NCBI GenBank assembly: GCA_041576165.1 | Contig: JBFGLM010000021.1 | Location: forward strand, 14,908-78,907 | DNA from: Acidimicrobiia bacterium | GTDB lineage: Bacteria; Actinomycetota; Acidimicrobiia; Spongiisociales; Spongiisociaceae | DNA length: 64,000 nucleotides | Direction: 5' to 3' | In this document: positions 30,517-40,606 of the stretch, in pieces | How the letters are laid out: each line of letters starts with the position of its first letter | Position numbering within the stretch: position 1 is the first letter of the stretch | The notes under the pieces: model-generated | The model's database searches: none | Seen by the model: only the letters and a program-made list of their open reading frames with translations | Told to the model about the DNA's origin: nothing | Program-made: the position numbers and the translations under genes

Positions 30517-30935
30517 CACGGTTCACGGCACGGCAGCGGTGCGACGAGACGCGTCCCGGGCCGGTCGCAAGAAGCTCCGAACGCCCATCGTGTCAGCCAG
30601 GGATCAACGGATTGGTCCCCGATTACGTGAACGAGATCGGGTCTCGCTGCGTGATCGGATCCGCTCGATCCTCTGATTCCCCTTGAGACGGGCGGACGGT
30701 GCCATCGGCGGCTTCGCCACAGGGTTCCCCGGTTTCTAGACCGGTGCGGCCTGCCCGCCGGATACGCCGGCTGCCGGCCGGGCCAACCACAGTGTCGTGC
30801 GGCACCACACAGTCCCAGTGAACAACCTCTTCTTGGGGCTCCGGGGCCAAGGGCACGCCATGACAATGGTTCAGAAAGCCACCTGCGAAATCGCCACGGG
30901 CCGGGAGCGAACAAGCAAGAGGCCGCTTCCGGCCC

Positions 30936-31787
30936 ATGTTGCTCCTGCGTAGGCTGAAGAGGCGGGCTACAAGGAGGTTTGCTGGCTTGGGGCGGCTGCT
31001 GATCACATCGGTGACCCTCGGCCTGCTGCTGGCGCTGTCCGCCCCTCCAGCAGCGGGGTTGGAGATCGATATCCGCGATCCATCCATCTTCGGCCCGGGG
31101 GAGGGATGGGAACCCGGAACTCTCGGACCCGGGTCGAACGGCCCGTGGGTGGCTGAGCTACAAGACGAGCTCAATCGAGCAGGGTTCCGCGTGGACGAGA
31201 TCGATGCGGTGTTTGGTCGCCAGACCGTGGCGGCCGTGCACGCCTTCCAAAAGCTCCACGGGCTGGAGAGCGACGCCGTGTTCCGGCCCGAGCATTGGCA
31301 GCTGCTCGAGGAGCCCCTACCGTCGCTCGGAAAAACAGGCGAGGCCAACCGGATCGAAGTCGATCTCTCCCGTCAGCTGTTGTTCCTGGTGAAGGACCAC
31401 GAGGTGCGTCGCGTCCTTCCCGTGTCCAGCGGGAACGGCAAGCCGTATGTGAACTACGCCGGCCACGCCGTCAGGGCGAGAACCCCCGAGGGTCGGTTCG
31501 AGTTCAACCGCCAGCGCTCCGGGTGGCATGAGTCGTACCTCGGGATGATGTACGCCCCGTTCTACTTCAGAGGTGGCTACGCCATCCACGGCTCCACCAG
31601 CGTTCCCGCCTATCCAGCGTCGCACGGGTGTGTGCGGGTGACGCTGAGCGACATGGATTACCTGCGCCAGACGCTCGAGCTCGGTATGCCCGTGTACGTG
31701 TATGGCAACCGGGTCGATCGGGAGGCCCTGCTGCCTACCCCGCCCCCACCGCCGCCGGTGATACCGCAGATCACCGTTGCGTTCTAA
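30936..31787 (+). CDS. L,D-transpeptidase with peptidoglycan-binding domain
   Basis: Signal peptide, PG-binding motif (GSNGPWVAELQ..FGRQTVAAVHAFQKLHGL), YkuD motif AIHG...SHGCVR. Confidence 0.9.
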   Translation: MLLLRRLKRRATRRFAGLGRLLITSVTLGLLLALSAPPAAGLEIDIRDPSIFGPGEGWEPGTLGPGSNGPWVAELQDELNRAGFRVDEIDAVFGRQTVAAVHAFQKLHGLESDAVFRPEHWQLLEEPLPSLGKTGEANRIEVDLSRQLLFLVKDHEVRRVLPVSSGNGKPYVNYAGHAVRARTPEGRFEFNRQRSGWHESYLGMMYAPFYFRGGYAIHGSTSVPAYPASHGCVRVTLSDMDYLRQTLELGMPVYVYGNRVDREALLPTPPPPPPVIPQITVAF

Positions 31788-31889
31788 CTGGGAGTGTCGG
31801 AACGTCCGAAGCTCGCCAGATGATCAGGCTCTTGTCCCCGCAAGCCGCCACGCGCAGTATCTTGGATTCGCGCGCAGTGTGGGGAGGGT

Positions 31890-32462
31890 ATGGCGCAGGC
31901 TCTGGCCGTGGCGATCACCGTGAACGTGTTGTTGTTCGCGGGCCTGGCGGTGTGGGCCGTGCGGTACGCCCTCCAAGAGGATCTGCCCCGCATTCGCCCG
32001 CTGGCCTGGGGCCTCGCGGCTGTAGCGGTTGCGTTTGTGCTCGGCGCCGGGACGCGGTTGCTGCTGGTCGGTGTGCGCCTCGGGTGGCTGGATGGCCGCG
32101 TGAGCGACTTTCTCCTTTCCGAATGGCACCTGGTGCAATCGCTGATGGCCACCACGCTCGGGGTCGGGGGAGTGATGCTCGCTCGCCGGCTGGGCCAGCC
32201 GCTCCGAGAGGCAGACCGCATCGTGAGCGCCCTCGCCGACCGCCTACCGACCGGAGTCGAACTCGAGCAGGCGGGGCTCACGGCCCGCGAGCGGGAGGTG
32301 CTGGCGGTGATCATCGCTGGCAGGCTCTCCGACCAGGAAATCGCCGACGACCTCTACATCTCTCCTGCCACCGCCGGCACCCATGTCAAGAACATCCTGC
32401 GTAAGACCGGCATGAAGAGCAGGCGCGACCTCGCCCTGCTGGCCGCTTCCCGCCCCGAATAG
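31890..32462 (+). CDS. membrane-anchored LuxR-family regulator
   Basis: Three hydrophobic segments, then LTAREREVL..EIADDLYISPATAGTHVKNILRK. Confidence 0.85.
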   Translation: MAQALAVAITVNVLLFAGLAVWAVRYALQEDLPRIRPLAWGLAAVAVAFVLGAGTRLLLVGVRLGWLDGRVSDFLLSEWHLVQSLMATTLGVGGVMLARRLGQPLREADRIVSALADRLPTGVELEQAGLTAREREVLAVIIAGRLSDQEIADDLYISPATAGTHVKNILRKTGMKSRRDLALLAASRPE

Positions 32463-32466
32463 CCCT

Positions 32467-32529
32467 CTACCGGAACCCGGTAGCCGCGAATCCCCGAACC
32501 GGGTAGCCGCTTTACCCCCTCCTCGGTAT
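32467..32529. promoter_or_regulatory. three phased operator-like boxes (TACC-N7-GGTA type) upstream of the PxKF gene
   Basis: CTACCGGAACCCGGTAG, ATCCCCGAACCGGGTAG and TACCCCCTCCTCGGTA; GGTA at 32479, 32502, 32525 (23-bp period). Confidence 0.55.
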
Positions 32530-32639
32530 TTCCCCGCCCCCGCCGCGGCCGTATCAATGGTGTCGGCCACCACGACGTGGTGCAACAACGGGAGAGCGGA
32601 GTCGATTGCGGCCCGCCAGGGCGATCGGAGGAGGTCGCA

Positions 32640-34139
32640 ATGAAACCATTCAGTCGGATCCGGCGCAAAGCCGGTAACAGCAACAGGCGGCGGCTAGGCA
32701 TCGTATTGCCAGTGGCGCTGGCGTTTTCCGTGTTCGTCTCGGGCATCGCGCTGGCGGACAACGTTCAGAACAACGTCACCGTGGGCGGCAACGACACGTT
32801 TGTGGCCGGTGGCTCCACCAGCATCAGCTACCGCATTGTGGCGACCAGCGGCGATGGGCAAACCGGCTGCAACGCCAGCGACGGCAGCCCTGCAGTCGTG
32901 ACCATCAACACGCCCGCGGGCGTCACCGCCTCGCCGAACCCGCTCACCTTCAACGCGTGCAGCACATTCCAGCCCACGACGTTCTCTAGCTCCACGCCCG
33001 GCAACTATTCGATCACGGTGTCGGTATCCGACCCAGGGCCCGGCACCTACAACACGAGCCCGGCTGCTTTCACACTCAAAGTGCTGGCGCCGCCCGACAC
33101 CACTCCGCCGGTCATCTCGTCCAACGTGTCGGGCACGCTCGGCGACAACGGCTGGTACACCAGCGACGTGAATGTGTCGTGGTCGGTCAGCGACCCCGAG
33201 TCGGCGATATCTTCGACGAGTGGTTGCGGTCCGGCCACCATCAGTGCCGACACGGCCGGGCAGTCGTTTACCTGCACGGCAACGAGCCTCGGCGGCACCA
33301 ACACGCAGTCGGTGACGATCAAGCGCGACGCCACTGCTCCGACGATCAGCGGTTCGGCCTCGCCGGCCCCCAACGGCAGCGGCTGGAACAACACCGACGT
33401 CTCGGTGAGCTTCACCTGCGCCGACAACCTGTCCGGCGTCGCTTCGTGCGGACCGAACCAAAGGCTCGGTGGTGAGGGCGCCGGTCAGTCCGCCTCCGGC
33501 ACGGCAGTCGACCATGCCGGGAATTCGGCCTCGGACACCGTGAGCGGGATCAATATCGACAAGACCGCTCCGAGCGTGTCGGTCACCGGCGTTGCCAGCG
33601 GGGCCACCTACACCCTCGGCTCGGTGCCGGCGGCCGGATGTGACACGTCGGACAGCCTGTCCGGCGTGGAGACAGCCGCCTCGTTGTCGCAGTCCGGTGG
33701 GCCGGTCGGATCGGTCACCGCCACGTGCAGCGGTGCGCTCGACAGCGCAGGCAATGCCGGCCCTTCGGCCAGCGTCACCTATTCGGTGAACTACAGCTGG
33801 AGCGGATTCCTGCGTCCGGTCGACAACCTGCCGACCATCAACGTGGTCAAGGCCGGCACCGCGGTTCCGGTCAAGTTCAGCCTCAGCGGCAACCACGGAC
33901 TTGACATCTTCGCCGCCGGTTGGCCGAAGTCTGTGGCAGTCCCCTGCGACGCCACGGCGCCGGCCGATGCGGTCGACGAGATTGCGACCCCCGGGAGCAG
34001 CGGCCTCTCTTACGAGGCTTCGAGTGATCAGTACACCTACGTGTGGAAGACCACCAAGACGTGGAGCGGCTGCCGCCAGCTCCAGGTGAAGTTGGCCGAT
34101 GGCCAGACGTACATGGCGACCTTCCGCTTCACCAAGTAA
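32640..34139 (+). CDS. secreted Ig-like-repeat protein with C-terminal PxKF domain
   Basis: Signal peptide, DTTPP/DATAP/DKTAP repeats, KAGTAVPVKF, YTYVWKT; GGAGG SD. Confidence 0.82.
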   Translation: MKPFSRIRRKAGNSNRRRLGIVLPVALAFSVFVSGIALADNVQNNVTVGGNDTFVAGGSTSISYRIVATSGDGQTGCNASDGSPAVVTINTPAGVTASPNPLTFNACSTFQPTTFSSSTPGNYSITVSVSDPGPGTYNTSPAAFTLKVLAPPDTTPPVISSNVSGTLGDNGWYTSDVNVSWSVSDPESAISSTSGCGPATISADTAGQSFTCTATSLGGTNTQSVTIKRDATAPTISGSASPAPNGSGWNNTDVSVSFTCADNLSGVASCGPNQRLGGEGAGQSASGTAVDHAGNSASDTVSGINIDKTAPSVSVTGVASGATYTLGSVPAAGCDTSDSLSGVETAASLSQSGGPVGSVTATCSGALDSAGNAGPSASVTYSVNYSWSGFLRPVDNLPTINVVKAGTAVPVKFSLSGNHGLDIFAAGWPKSVAVPCDATAPADAVDEIATPGSSGLSYEASSDQYTYVWKTTKTWSGCRQLQVKLADGQTYMATFRFTK

Positions 34140-34155
34140 GCCTCCCCGGAGCCCG

Positions 34156-34210
34156 AGCGCCGGCGGATCCGGCGCTTCCCCACCGGGGGCGGGTGCCCAG
34201 CCCGCCCCCG
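34156..34210. terminator. two hairpins between convergent genes
   Basis: AGCGCCGG/CCGGCGCT and CGGGGGCGGG/CCCGCCCCCG stems. Confidence 0.6.
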
Positions 34211-34221
34211 CCCGCGTGTGA

Positions 34222-35652
34222 TCAAACCCGCGAGTCGAGGAACTCGTAGAGCGCCACGGTGTCGATGTCGGCGGTCGCGCGGATCGAGACCAATGTCGGC
34301 TGCTCGTGCAGAGACGGCCATACCTTGCTCTGCCAGCGAGCAGCGAGCTCCTTACTCGGATGACGGCAGCACGCCGGGTCGGGGCAGTTGGACGTAGCGT
34401 GCAGGTCGGTGTCGCGCCCACGGAGATAGCGCGACCCCTCGAAGTCGGTCCCCACCGTGACCGCATGCTGACGGAGGTCGTCGACCAGCACGTGGCTGGT
34501 CTCGAAGAACGTTCCGGCGGGGGTGTCGAGAAACTGACAGTGCAGGCCGTAGCGCTGATCGGATGCGAACACTGCGCGGCCACCCCAATGCCGGCACAAA
34601 CGCTGACCGACGATCACTCCGTCCTCATCCTCGGGCAAGCCAATGCCATCGTTCGACCAGGCACGCCAGATCGTGCCCTCGCGATCGGAACGGACGTAAT
34701 GGATGCGGACCCCGAGATGGCGGGTGATCAGGTTTGAGAATCGGTGCGCCGCCATGGCGTAACCGACGTAGAAGACCTCCTTGACGTCTTCGATGGCCAG
34801 ATCGCGCCGCGCGTGGGCTTCTCGGAGCATCATGACGGCGGCTGATTCGGGGACCAGCACGGCCCGGGCGAAGTAGTTGGCATGAACCCGCTGGCGGATG
34901 AACTCCTCGTGCGACTTCGGATCCTCGTGGCCGAGGACGAAGTGACCGAGCGTGCGCAGGATCACGGTCCGCGCTTCGCGGGTGCGGAGTGCATCCCGCT
35001 GGGGAATGTAGATCCGCCGTCGTTCCAGGTCGGTGATCGACTGCAGCGATTCCGGCACGTCGGCGTCCTGATGAATCTCGAAGCCTGCATGCTTGGCAAG
35101 GGCGGTGAGCAGAGCCTGGGGGACTGCCCCCTGTCCCGGGTAGTCGACCGCGGTGAGGAGGCCGGCTGCCACGTCTTCGATCTCCGGGAGATAGTTGTCC
35201 ACGGCCTCCAGTTCCCGCCGCAGCGACACGTTGGCCCGCCGAGCCGACTGGACCGAGCCGCCGGCCTGAGCCGATGCCTGCTTGAGTCGCTCGTACAGGG
35301 CCAGGATGTGGGTGATGGCGGTGTCCGACAGTTTGGCGTATGGCTTGAGATGGGGAAGTCCAAGGGCCCGATACAGCGGCTCTTCCTGGGCTCGGAGCAG
35401 GGTGACCTCCAGCTGGGCCCGCGGATTGGGCGGCTCGGCCGTCAGCAGGTCGGCGGTGGTCGTCCCCAACGCCTCGGCGAGTCGGGTGATGAGGGAGATC
35501 CGCGGTTCCCGCTTGCCGTTCTCGACCAGTGAGAGGTACGGCGCGGGGCGGTCGACCCGGCTCCCCAGTTCTTCGAGCGTCAGTCCCGCCTGGCGGCGCC
35601 AGTGGCGTAGGCGCTGACCGAACAGCAGCGGATCGAAGCTCACCTGATCCAT
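34222..35652 (-). CDS. XRE-family RamB/PrpR/ScfR-like regulator
   Basis: N-terminal HTH (GQRLRHWR..YLSLVENGKREP), ANYFARAVLVP, C-terminal CPDPACC; divergent from aceA. Confidence 0.8.
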   Translation of the reverse strand: MDQVSFDPLLFGQRLRHWRRQAGLTLEELGSRVDRPAPYLSLVENGKREPRISLITRLAEALGTTTADLLTAEPPNPRAQLEVTLLRAQEEPLYRALGLPHLKPYAKLSDTAITHILALYERLKQASAQAGGSVQSARRANVSLRRELEAVDNYLPEIEDVAAGLLTAVDYPGQGAVPQALLTALAKHAGFEIHQDADVPESLQSITDLERRRIYIPQRDALRTREARTVILRTLGHFVLGHEDPKSHEEFIRQRVHANYFARAVLVPESAAVMMLREAHARRDLAIEDVKEVFYVGYAMAAHRFSNLITRHLGVRIHYVRSDREGTIWRAWSNDGIGLPEDEDGVIVGQRLCRHWGGRAVFASDQRYGLHCQFLDTPAGTFFETSHVLVDDLRQHAVTVGTDFEGSRYLRGRDTDLHATSNCPDPACCRHPSKELAARWQSKVWPSLHEQPTLVSIRATADIDTVALYEFLDSRV

Positions 35653-35775
35653 AAAAAGGCCCCCGAATCGTCTCATCTCGAAAGATAGTCGATTCTTTCT
35701 CCCAAATATCCTCGGATTTGGCATGTGGCCGGCAAAGAATGCCGAATAGATCGCAATCTTCGCCGTGGAGGACAC

Positions 35776-37059
35776 ATGCGGACGGACTTCGATAGCCAGG
35801 TACGGGCGCTCGAGCACGATTGGCAAACCAACCCCCGCTGGGCGGGAATCGAGCGACCGTATTCGGCCGAAGACGTGATTCGGCTGCGGGGATCGGTACG
35901 GGAGCACATGACCCTCGCCGACCGGGGAGCTCGCCGGCTGTGGGAGCTGATGGAACAACGCCCGTATGTGAACGCGCTGGGCGCCCTGACCGGCGGGCAG
36001 GCGGTGCAGATGGTGAAGGCCGGCCTCGAGGCCATCTACCTGTCGGGCTGGCAGGTGGCCGGGGATGCCAACCTGGCCGGACAGGTGTACCCGGACCAAT
36101 CGCTCTATCCAGCCAACAGCGCCCCAGCCCTCGTGCGGCGGATCAACAATGCGCTCCAGCGAGCCGACCAGATCCATTGGGCCGAGGGCGCCGGCGACGA
36201 GACGGACTGGTTCGCCCCGATCATGGCCGATGGAGAAGCGGGTTTCGGCGGCCCGCTCAACGTGTTCGAGCTGACCAAGGAATTCATCCGGGCCGGCGCA
36301 GCCGGAATCCATCTGGAGGATCAGCTGAGCTCGGCCAAGAAATGCGGCCACATGGGCGGCAAGGTGCTGGTCCCCACCCAGCAACACATCCAGACGCTGG
36401 TGTCGGCCCGCCTCGCAGCCGACGTGATGGGCGTGCCCATGGTCATCGCATGTCGCACCGATGCGCTGTCGGCGACGCTCCTCACCTCCGACGTGGACGA
36501 GCGCGACCGGGAGTTTGTGAGCGGTCAGCGCACCGCCGAGGGCTTCTATCACGTGCGCAACGGCCTGGAGTCGCCGGTGGCCCGAGCACTCGCCTACGCG
36601 CCATATTCGGATCTCATCTGGTGTGAGACCTCGACACCGGATCTGGAGGAGGCCCGCCAGTTCGCCGAAGCGATTCACAAGGAGTACCCGGAAAAGCGGC
36701 TGATGTACAACTGCTCGCCGTCGTTCAACTGGAAACGTCACCTGGATGATGAAACGATTGCCCGGTTCCAGGGCGACCTAGGGGATATGGGCTACGCATT
36801 CCAGTTCATCACCCTGGCCGGGTTCCATGCGCTCAACGAGTCGATGTTCACCTTGGCGTCGGGGTACCGGGAGTCACAGATGACGGCCTACGTCGAGCTC
36901 CAGGAGCGTGAGTTCGCGATGGAGTCGGCCGGTTACACCGCTACCAAGCATCAGCGCGAAGTCGGCGCGGGATACTTCGACGACGTGGCTACAGTCATAT
37001 CAGGTGGTACGGCCTCGACCCTGGCGATGGTTGGCTCAACCGAAGAGGATCAGTTCTGA
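35776..37059 (+). CDS. aceA: isocitrate lyase
   Basis: [37 protein letters not shown]. Confidence 0.97.
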   Translation: MRTDFDSQVRALEHDWQTNPRWAGIERPYSAEDVIRLRGSVREHMTLADRGARRLWELMEQRPYVNALGALTGGQAVQMVKAGLEAIYLSGWQVAGDANLAGQVYPDQSLYPANSAPALVRRINNALQRADQIHWAEGAGDETDWFAPIMADGEAGFGGPLNVFELTKEFIRAGAAGIHLEDQLSSAKKCGHMGGKVLVPTQQHIQTLVSARLAADVMGVPMVIACRTDALSATLLTSDVDERDREFVSGQRTAEGFYHVRNGLESPVARALAYAPYSDLIWCETSTPDLEEARQFAEAIHKEYPEKRLMYNCSPSFNWKRHLDDETIARFQGDLGDMGYAFQFITLAGFHALNESMFTLASGYRESQMTAYVELQEREFAMESAGYTATKHQREVGAGYFDDVATVISGGTASTLAMVGSTEEDQF

Positions 37060-37287
37060 TTCCACCCGCCTGAGAATGCTGCTTGTGCTCCGCCCGGCGG
37101 GATTCGACAAACGAGGGGGCGTCCTGTGGTCATGAATTTCGGGTCTGAGTGTCGTTGTTGCGCGCCATCGTGCCAGTCGCGCATCCGACGGCCCGTGCCC
37201 ATCGGCCCGCAGGTAGATTCCCCACCACGCTCCTAGACCAGAAAGGCGGTCTTCGTCACAATGGCAAAATCCGAACAAGGGGCAGAC

Positions 37288-38346
37288 ATGGCGCACATCG
37301 TTCATGTGGTCGGTACCGGCACGATCGGTGAACCCTTGATCGGCTTGCTGGCCGATCACAAGGAGGACTTCGGGATCGACGAGGTCACGTTCCACAAGCG
37401 AACGCCCCTGGTGGAGGAGCGGGCCAAGGTGAACGACCTGATTCGACGTGGCGCCCATCTGTCGGTCGAGCAGGATCGCTGGAGCTCGTTCGAAGAGCTG
37501 GGCCACATACCCAAATACGAGGCGCGCGAGGCGATTGACCGGGCCACCGTTGTCATCGACTGCACACCCGCAGGTAACGAGAACAAGGAAGCCTTGTATG
37601 CGCACGCAACCGGCCCCCGCGGGTTCATGGCCCAGGGGTCCGAGTTCGGCTTCGGGAAGATGTATGCCCGCGGGATCAACGACTCCGCCTTGGACCGCGC
37701 CGACGATCGATACCTGCACATTGTCTCCTGCAATACCCACAACATCTCGGTCCTGATCAAGACGCTGGGCATGGATCCGGATGGCACCAACCACCTGACC
37801 GATGGGCGATTCATGTGCATCCGCCGGGCCAACGACATCAGCCAGGACGCCGGCTTCGTTCCGAGCCCCACAGTGGAACGTCACAAGCTCGAGCGGTTCG
37901 GCACCCATCACGCCCGCGACGCCCACGATTTGTTCAAGACCATGGGCTATGACCTGAACCTGTTCTCGTCGGCGGTGAAGCTGAACACCCAGTACATGCA
38001 TGCCCTGCACTTCAGTCTCACCCTCGACCGCGAGATGACGGTCGACGAAGCCGTTGAGCGCCTCATGGGCAACACCAGAGTCGCGATCACCACCAAACGG
38101 TCGGCCAACAAGATCTTTTCGTTCGGTCGTGACCACGGCTACTACGGCCGCATCCTCAGCCAGACGGTCATTCCCACCGATACCCTGACCGTGCGCAACG
38201 GCAACGAGCTGGTGGGCTTCTGCTTCACACCCCAGGACGGCAACCCGATGCTCTCGACGCTGGCCGCCACGTTGTGGTACCTGCATCCCGACGGGTTCGA
38301 GGAGCGCATCGACGTCGTGCGTCCGTATTTGTTTCGGGAGATCTAG
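37288..38346 (+). CDS. archaeal-type (class II) GAPDH-like NAD(P)-dependent oxidoreductase
   Basis: VVGTGTIG Rossmann motif, VIDCTP, AQGSE, catalytic VSCNTH, IRRAND, THHARD. Confidence 0.7.
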   Translation: MAHIVHVVGTGTIGEPLIGLLADHKEDFGIDEVTFHKRTPLVEERAKVNDLIRRGAHLSVEQDRWSSFEELGHIPKYEAREAIDRATVVIDCTPAGNENKEALYAHATGPRGFMAQGSEFGFGKMYARGINDSALDRADDRYLHIVSCNTHNISVLIKTLGMDPDGTNHLTDGRFMCIRRANDISQDAGFVPSPTVERHKLERFGTHHARDAHDLFKTMGYDLNLFSSAVKLNTQYMHALHFSLTLDREMTVDEAVERLMGNTRVAITTKRSANKIFSFGRDHGYYGRILSQTVIPTDTLTVRNGNELVGFCFTPQDGNPMLSTLAATLWYLHPDGFEERIDVVRPYLFREI

Positions 38347-38439
38347 GGGCCTAATAACGCGCCTGTCCTGCCGACACGCCCGCGCAAATCTCGGTGGCGG
38401 TGCCAGTAGGCGAGGAGGCCTACGGCGTAGAATCCTGAG

Positions 38440-38715
38440 GTGGACGGGCAGCAGCAGCGCAAGGCACTCACTGCGGCGGAGCGGGCGATCGACCGGCTGG
38501 TCGACGCTGATGGGCAGGGAGCACGGAGGGCCGCCGCCACCGCGGCGTCGCTCGATCAAATCGGCGCCTTCGCCCGGCTGGAGCACGCGGTGGGCGCAGC
38601 CGCGCAGGATCTCGAGCGGGGCGGCACGGTTTCTGCAGCATCGCGCAACCTTCTGCTGGAAGCGGTCGGTCCGGGGCCGTTGCAGGCCGCGGTGGAGCGC
38701 CTGGCGGTCGCCTGA
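38440..38715 (+). CDS. small hypothetical helical protein
   Basis: 91-aa ORF with TAGAAT -10 box 6 nt before the GTG. Confidence 0.55.
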   Translation: MDGQQQRKALTAAERAIDRLVDADGQGARRAAATAASLDQIGAFARLEHAVGAAAQDLERGGTVSAASRNLLLEAVGPGPLQAAVERLAVA

Positions 38716-38728
38716 ACGCCGAGTGCCG

Positions 38729-40606
38729 TCAGCTGAGGACGGACGTGCGGAACCGCCGCCCATCAAGGAACGCGGGGCGGGTTTCGACGTGGTCGATGAT
38801 GGGCTCGGTGCCGGCCGACATGAAACCGGTCCCCGTACTCAGCTTCACATCCCAGCACGTTCCCGCGTCGCAGTCGATGCGGTAGACCAGATCCGACAGC
38901 CCGTTGGCGTCCACGTCTGCGGTGTGGAAACCGCCGCTACTGGCGGCGCTTGCGAGTGCGGCGTCTGATCCCCAGTAACGCGGCGCGAACACGTTTTGGG
39001 GGGTGGCGATGAGGGCCCGCCAGCATTCAGCCTCGCCGCACTCACCGCGGTACAGAATGTCGTCGCGCCCGTCGCCGTTGAGGTCACCTGTGCGGAAACC
39101 GAATGCCAGCGTGGTGCCGGCAAACCCGGTGGTGTTCCCCCATGACATGCCGCTGGCGAATCCCGCGCCGGTGGATTGCTGGACCCGCCAGCATGGGCGC
39201 CGCTTGCCGCAGAACCCCCGGTAGACGAGATCGTCCATCCCATCGCCGGTCACGTCGGCCAATCCTATGCCCAGGGCCTCGGTCGATTCGCTGAAGTATG
39301 CGCCATCCCCGGCCGGCGTGGGAGCTGCGAAGCCCGTGCCGGTCGAGAACTGAACCAGCCAGCAGTCCCGACCGTCGCATGCGCTGCGAGCGACGATGTC
39401 GTCGAGCCCGTCGCCGTTGACGTCGCCTGCCAGCAGCTGGCCGATATCGGCGTAGAAGGGGGGAACCCCCCACTCCTGCACCGGCCCCGGTGCGGCGCCA
39501 TCGCTCGGATGGACCAGCCAGCAACGGCCGCCCCCTGCGCATCTTCCTACATAGGCGACGTCGTCCCGCCCATCGCCGTCGAACGCGCCGGTGACGATGC
39601 CGCGCCGGATGGTCTCGGCCCCGGCCCGGGCGTCTGATGGGACCGTCGTCGGTGCGGCGAACGCCAGCGGGTCGCCGGGTTCCACCGTCCAGCACCGTCC
39701 CTCGGCACAACTCGTCAACTCGATTGCGTCGTCCCGACCGTCGCCGTCGATATCGGCGACGGCCACCGGAACCTCGCCGCCACATCCGATGCGGGCAGCA
39801 CCCACCGCAACGTTGTCGAACACGATCTGCTTGGCGTGCTGCGAGGGCTGCTTGCCGCCGAAGTACACGTTGAACCAGAACGCACTGATCCGGATGTGTT
39901 CCTCACCCGCCCGCCGGAAAGCCAGACCCCTCTGTTCGATCGCCAACGATTCATCCACCCAGCCCCGCAGCACTCCGTCGTGCTCCCCGGGCGTGTTGAG
40001 ATCGATCGCCCCTTCGATGCAATACCAGTCACCGTTGGTGAGGAGCCCGTTGGGCCCCCACGACATGCCCTGTCCGAATCGACCCGGCTGGTCCAGATGG
40101 TATGTGTAGTAGCCGAGCTGGGTGGTGCCCGGTTCCGGTCCGGGACCGAACTGCATGCGTGCCGACCAGCCCGGCCGCTCCTCGGTGGAGGGCTTGCCGC
40201 CGAGGGCGGTTCCGTTGTAGATACCTACCGGTCCGGGCAGCTTGCCGGTGCCTTCCGTACTGAAGTCACCTGCGAACCGGAGGTAGTACCGGAAATACAG
40301 CGTCTCCGGCTGCTCCCCGCGGAACGGGTACGAGAACCGGGTGCCGTAATGAGCGCCGGGCGGGATGGTGACGAGCAAGCCGTTCCCGTCGAGGCCAATC
40401 CCGGGGCCTGCTCGATTCAACGCTCCCGGATACCAGCCGGCCCAATCGGCATGCCAGCCGTCCCCGTCGAATCCCTCCTCGACCGGCGGCTGGGCCGCAA
40501 GGGCGACTTGCGAAATGAACACGACGGCCGCGGTCACCGAAGAGAGAATCATCAGCGCGCGCCGGCTGAAGTCTCTCCCTGGCGTCCGCACTGACATATG
40601 GCTCAC
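38729..40606 (-). CDS. secreted polysaccharide-lyase-like (PL14-like) protein with FG-GAP repeats
   Basis: Signal peptide; LYFRYY..GKLPG..WSARMQF..LNTPG..DG..WVD..YFGG; repeats DxDGDGxDD. Confidence 0.7.
   Translation of the reverse strand: MSHMSVRTPGRDFSRRALMILSSVTAAVVFISQVALAAQPPVEEGFDGDGWHADWAGWYPGALNRAGPGIGLDGNGLLVTIPPGAHYGTRFSYPFRGEQPETLYFRYYLRFAGDFSTEGTGKLPGPVGIYNGTALGGKPSTEERPGWSARMQFGPGPEPGTTQLGYYTYHLDQPGRFGQGMSWGPNGLLTNGDWYCIEGAIDLNTPGEHDGVLRGWVDESLAIEQRGLAFRRAGEEHIRISAFWFNVYFGGKQPSQHAKQIVFDNVAVGAARIGCGGEVPVAVADIDGDGRDDAIELTSCAEGRCWTVEPGDPLAFAAPTTVPSDARAGAETIRRGIVTGAFDGDGRDDVAYVGRCAGGGRCWLVHPSDGAAPGPVQEWGVPPFYADIGQLLAGDVNGDGLDDIVARSACDGRDCWLVQFSTGTGFAAPTPAGDGAYFSESTEALGIGLADVTGDGMDDLVYRGFCGKRRPCWRVQQSTGAGFASGMSWGNTTGFAGTTLAFGFRTGDLNGDGRDDILYRGECGEAECWRALIATPQNVFAPRYWGSDAALASAASSGGFHTADVDANGLSDLVYRIDCDAGTCWDVKLSTGTGFMSAGTEPIIDHVETRPAFLDGRRFRTSVLS

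Noticed and set aside
30660-30935. c-di-AMP or c-di-GMP riboswitch
   Set aside because: Conserved core motifs not found on the sense strand by eye.
34222-36741. 839-aa version of the XRE regulator
   Set aside because: The extension is antisense to aceA; the HTH begins at Met 35652.
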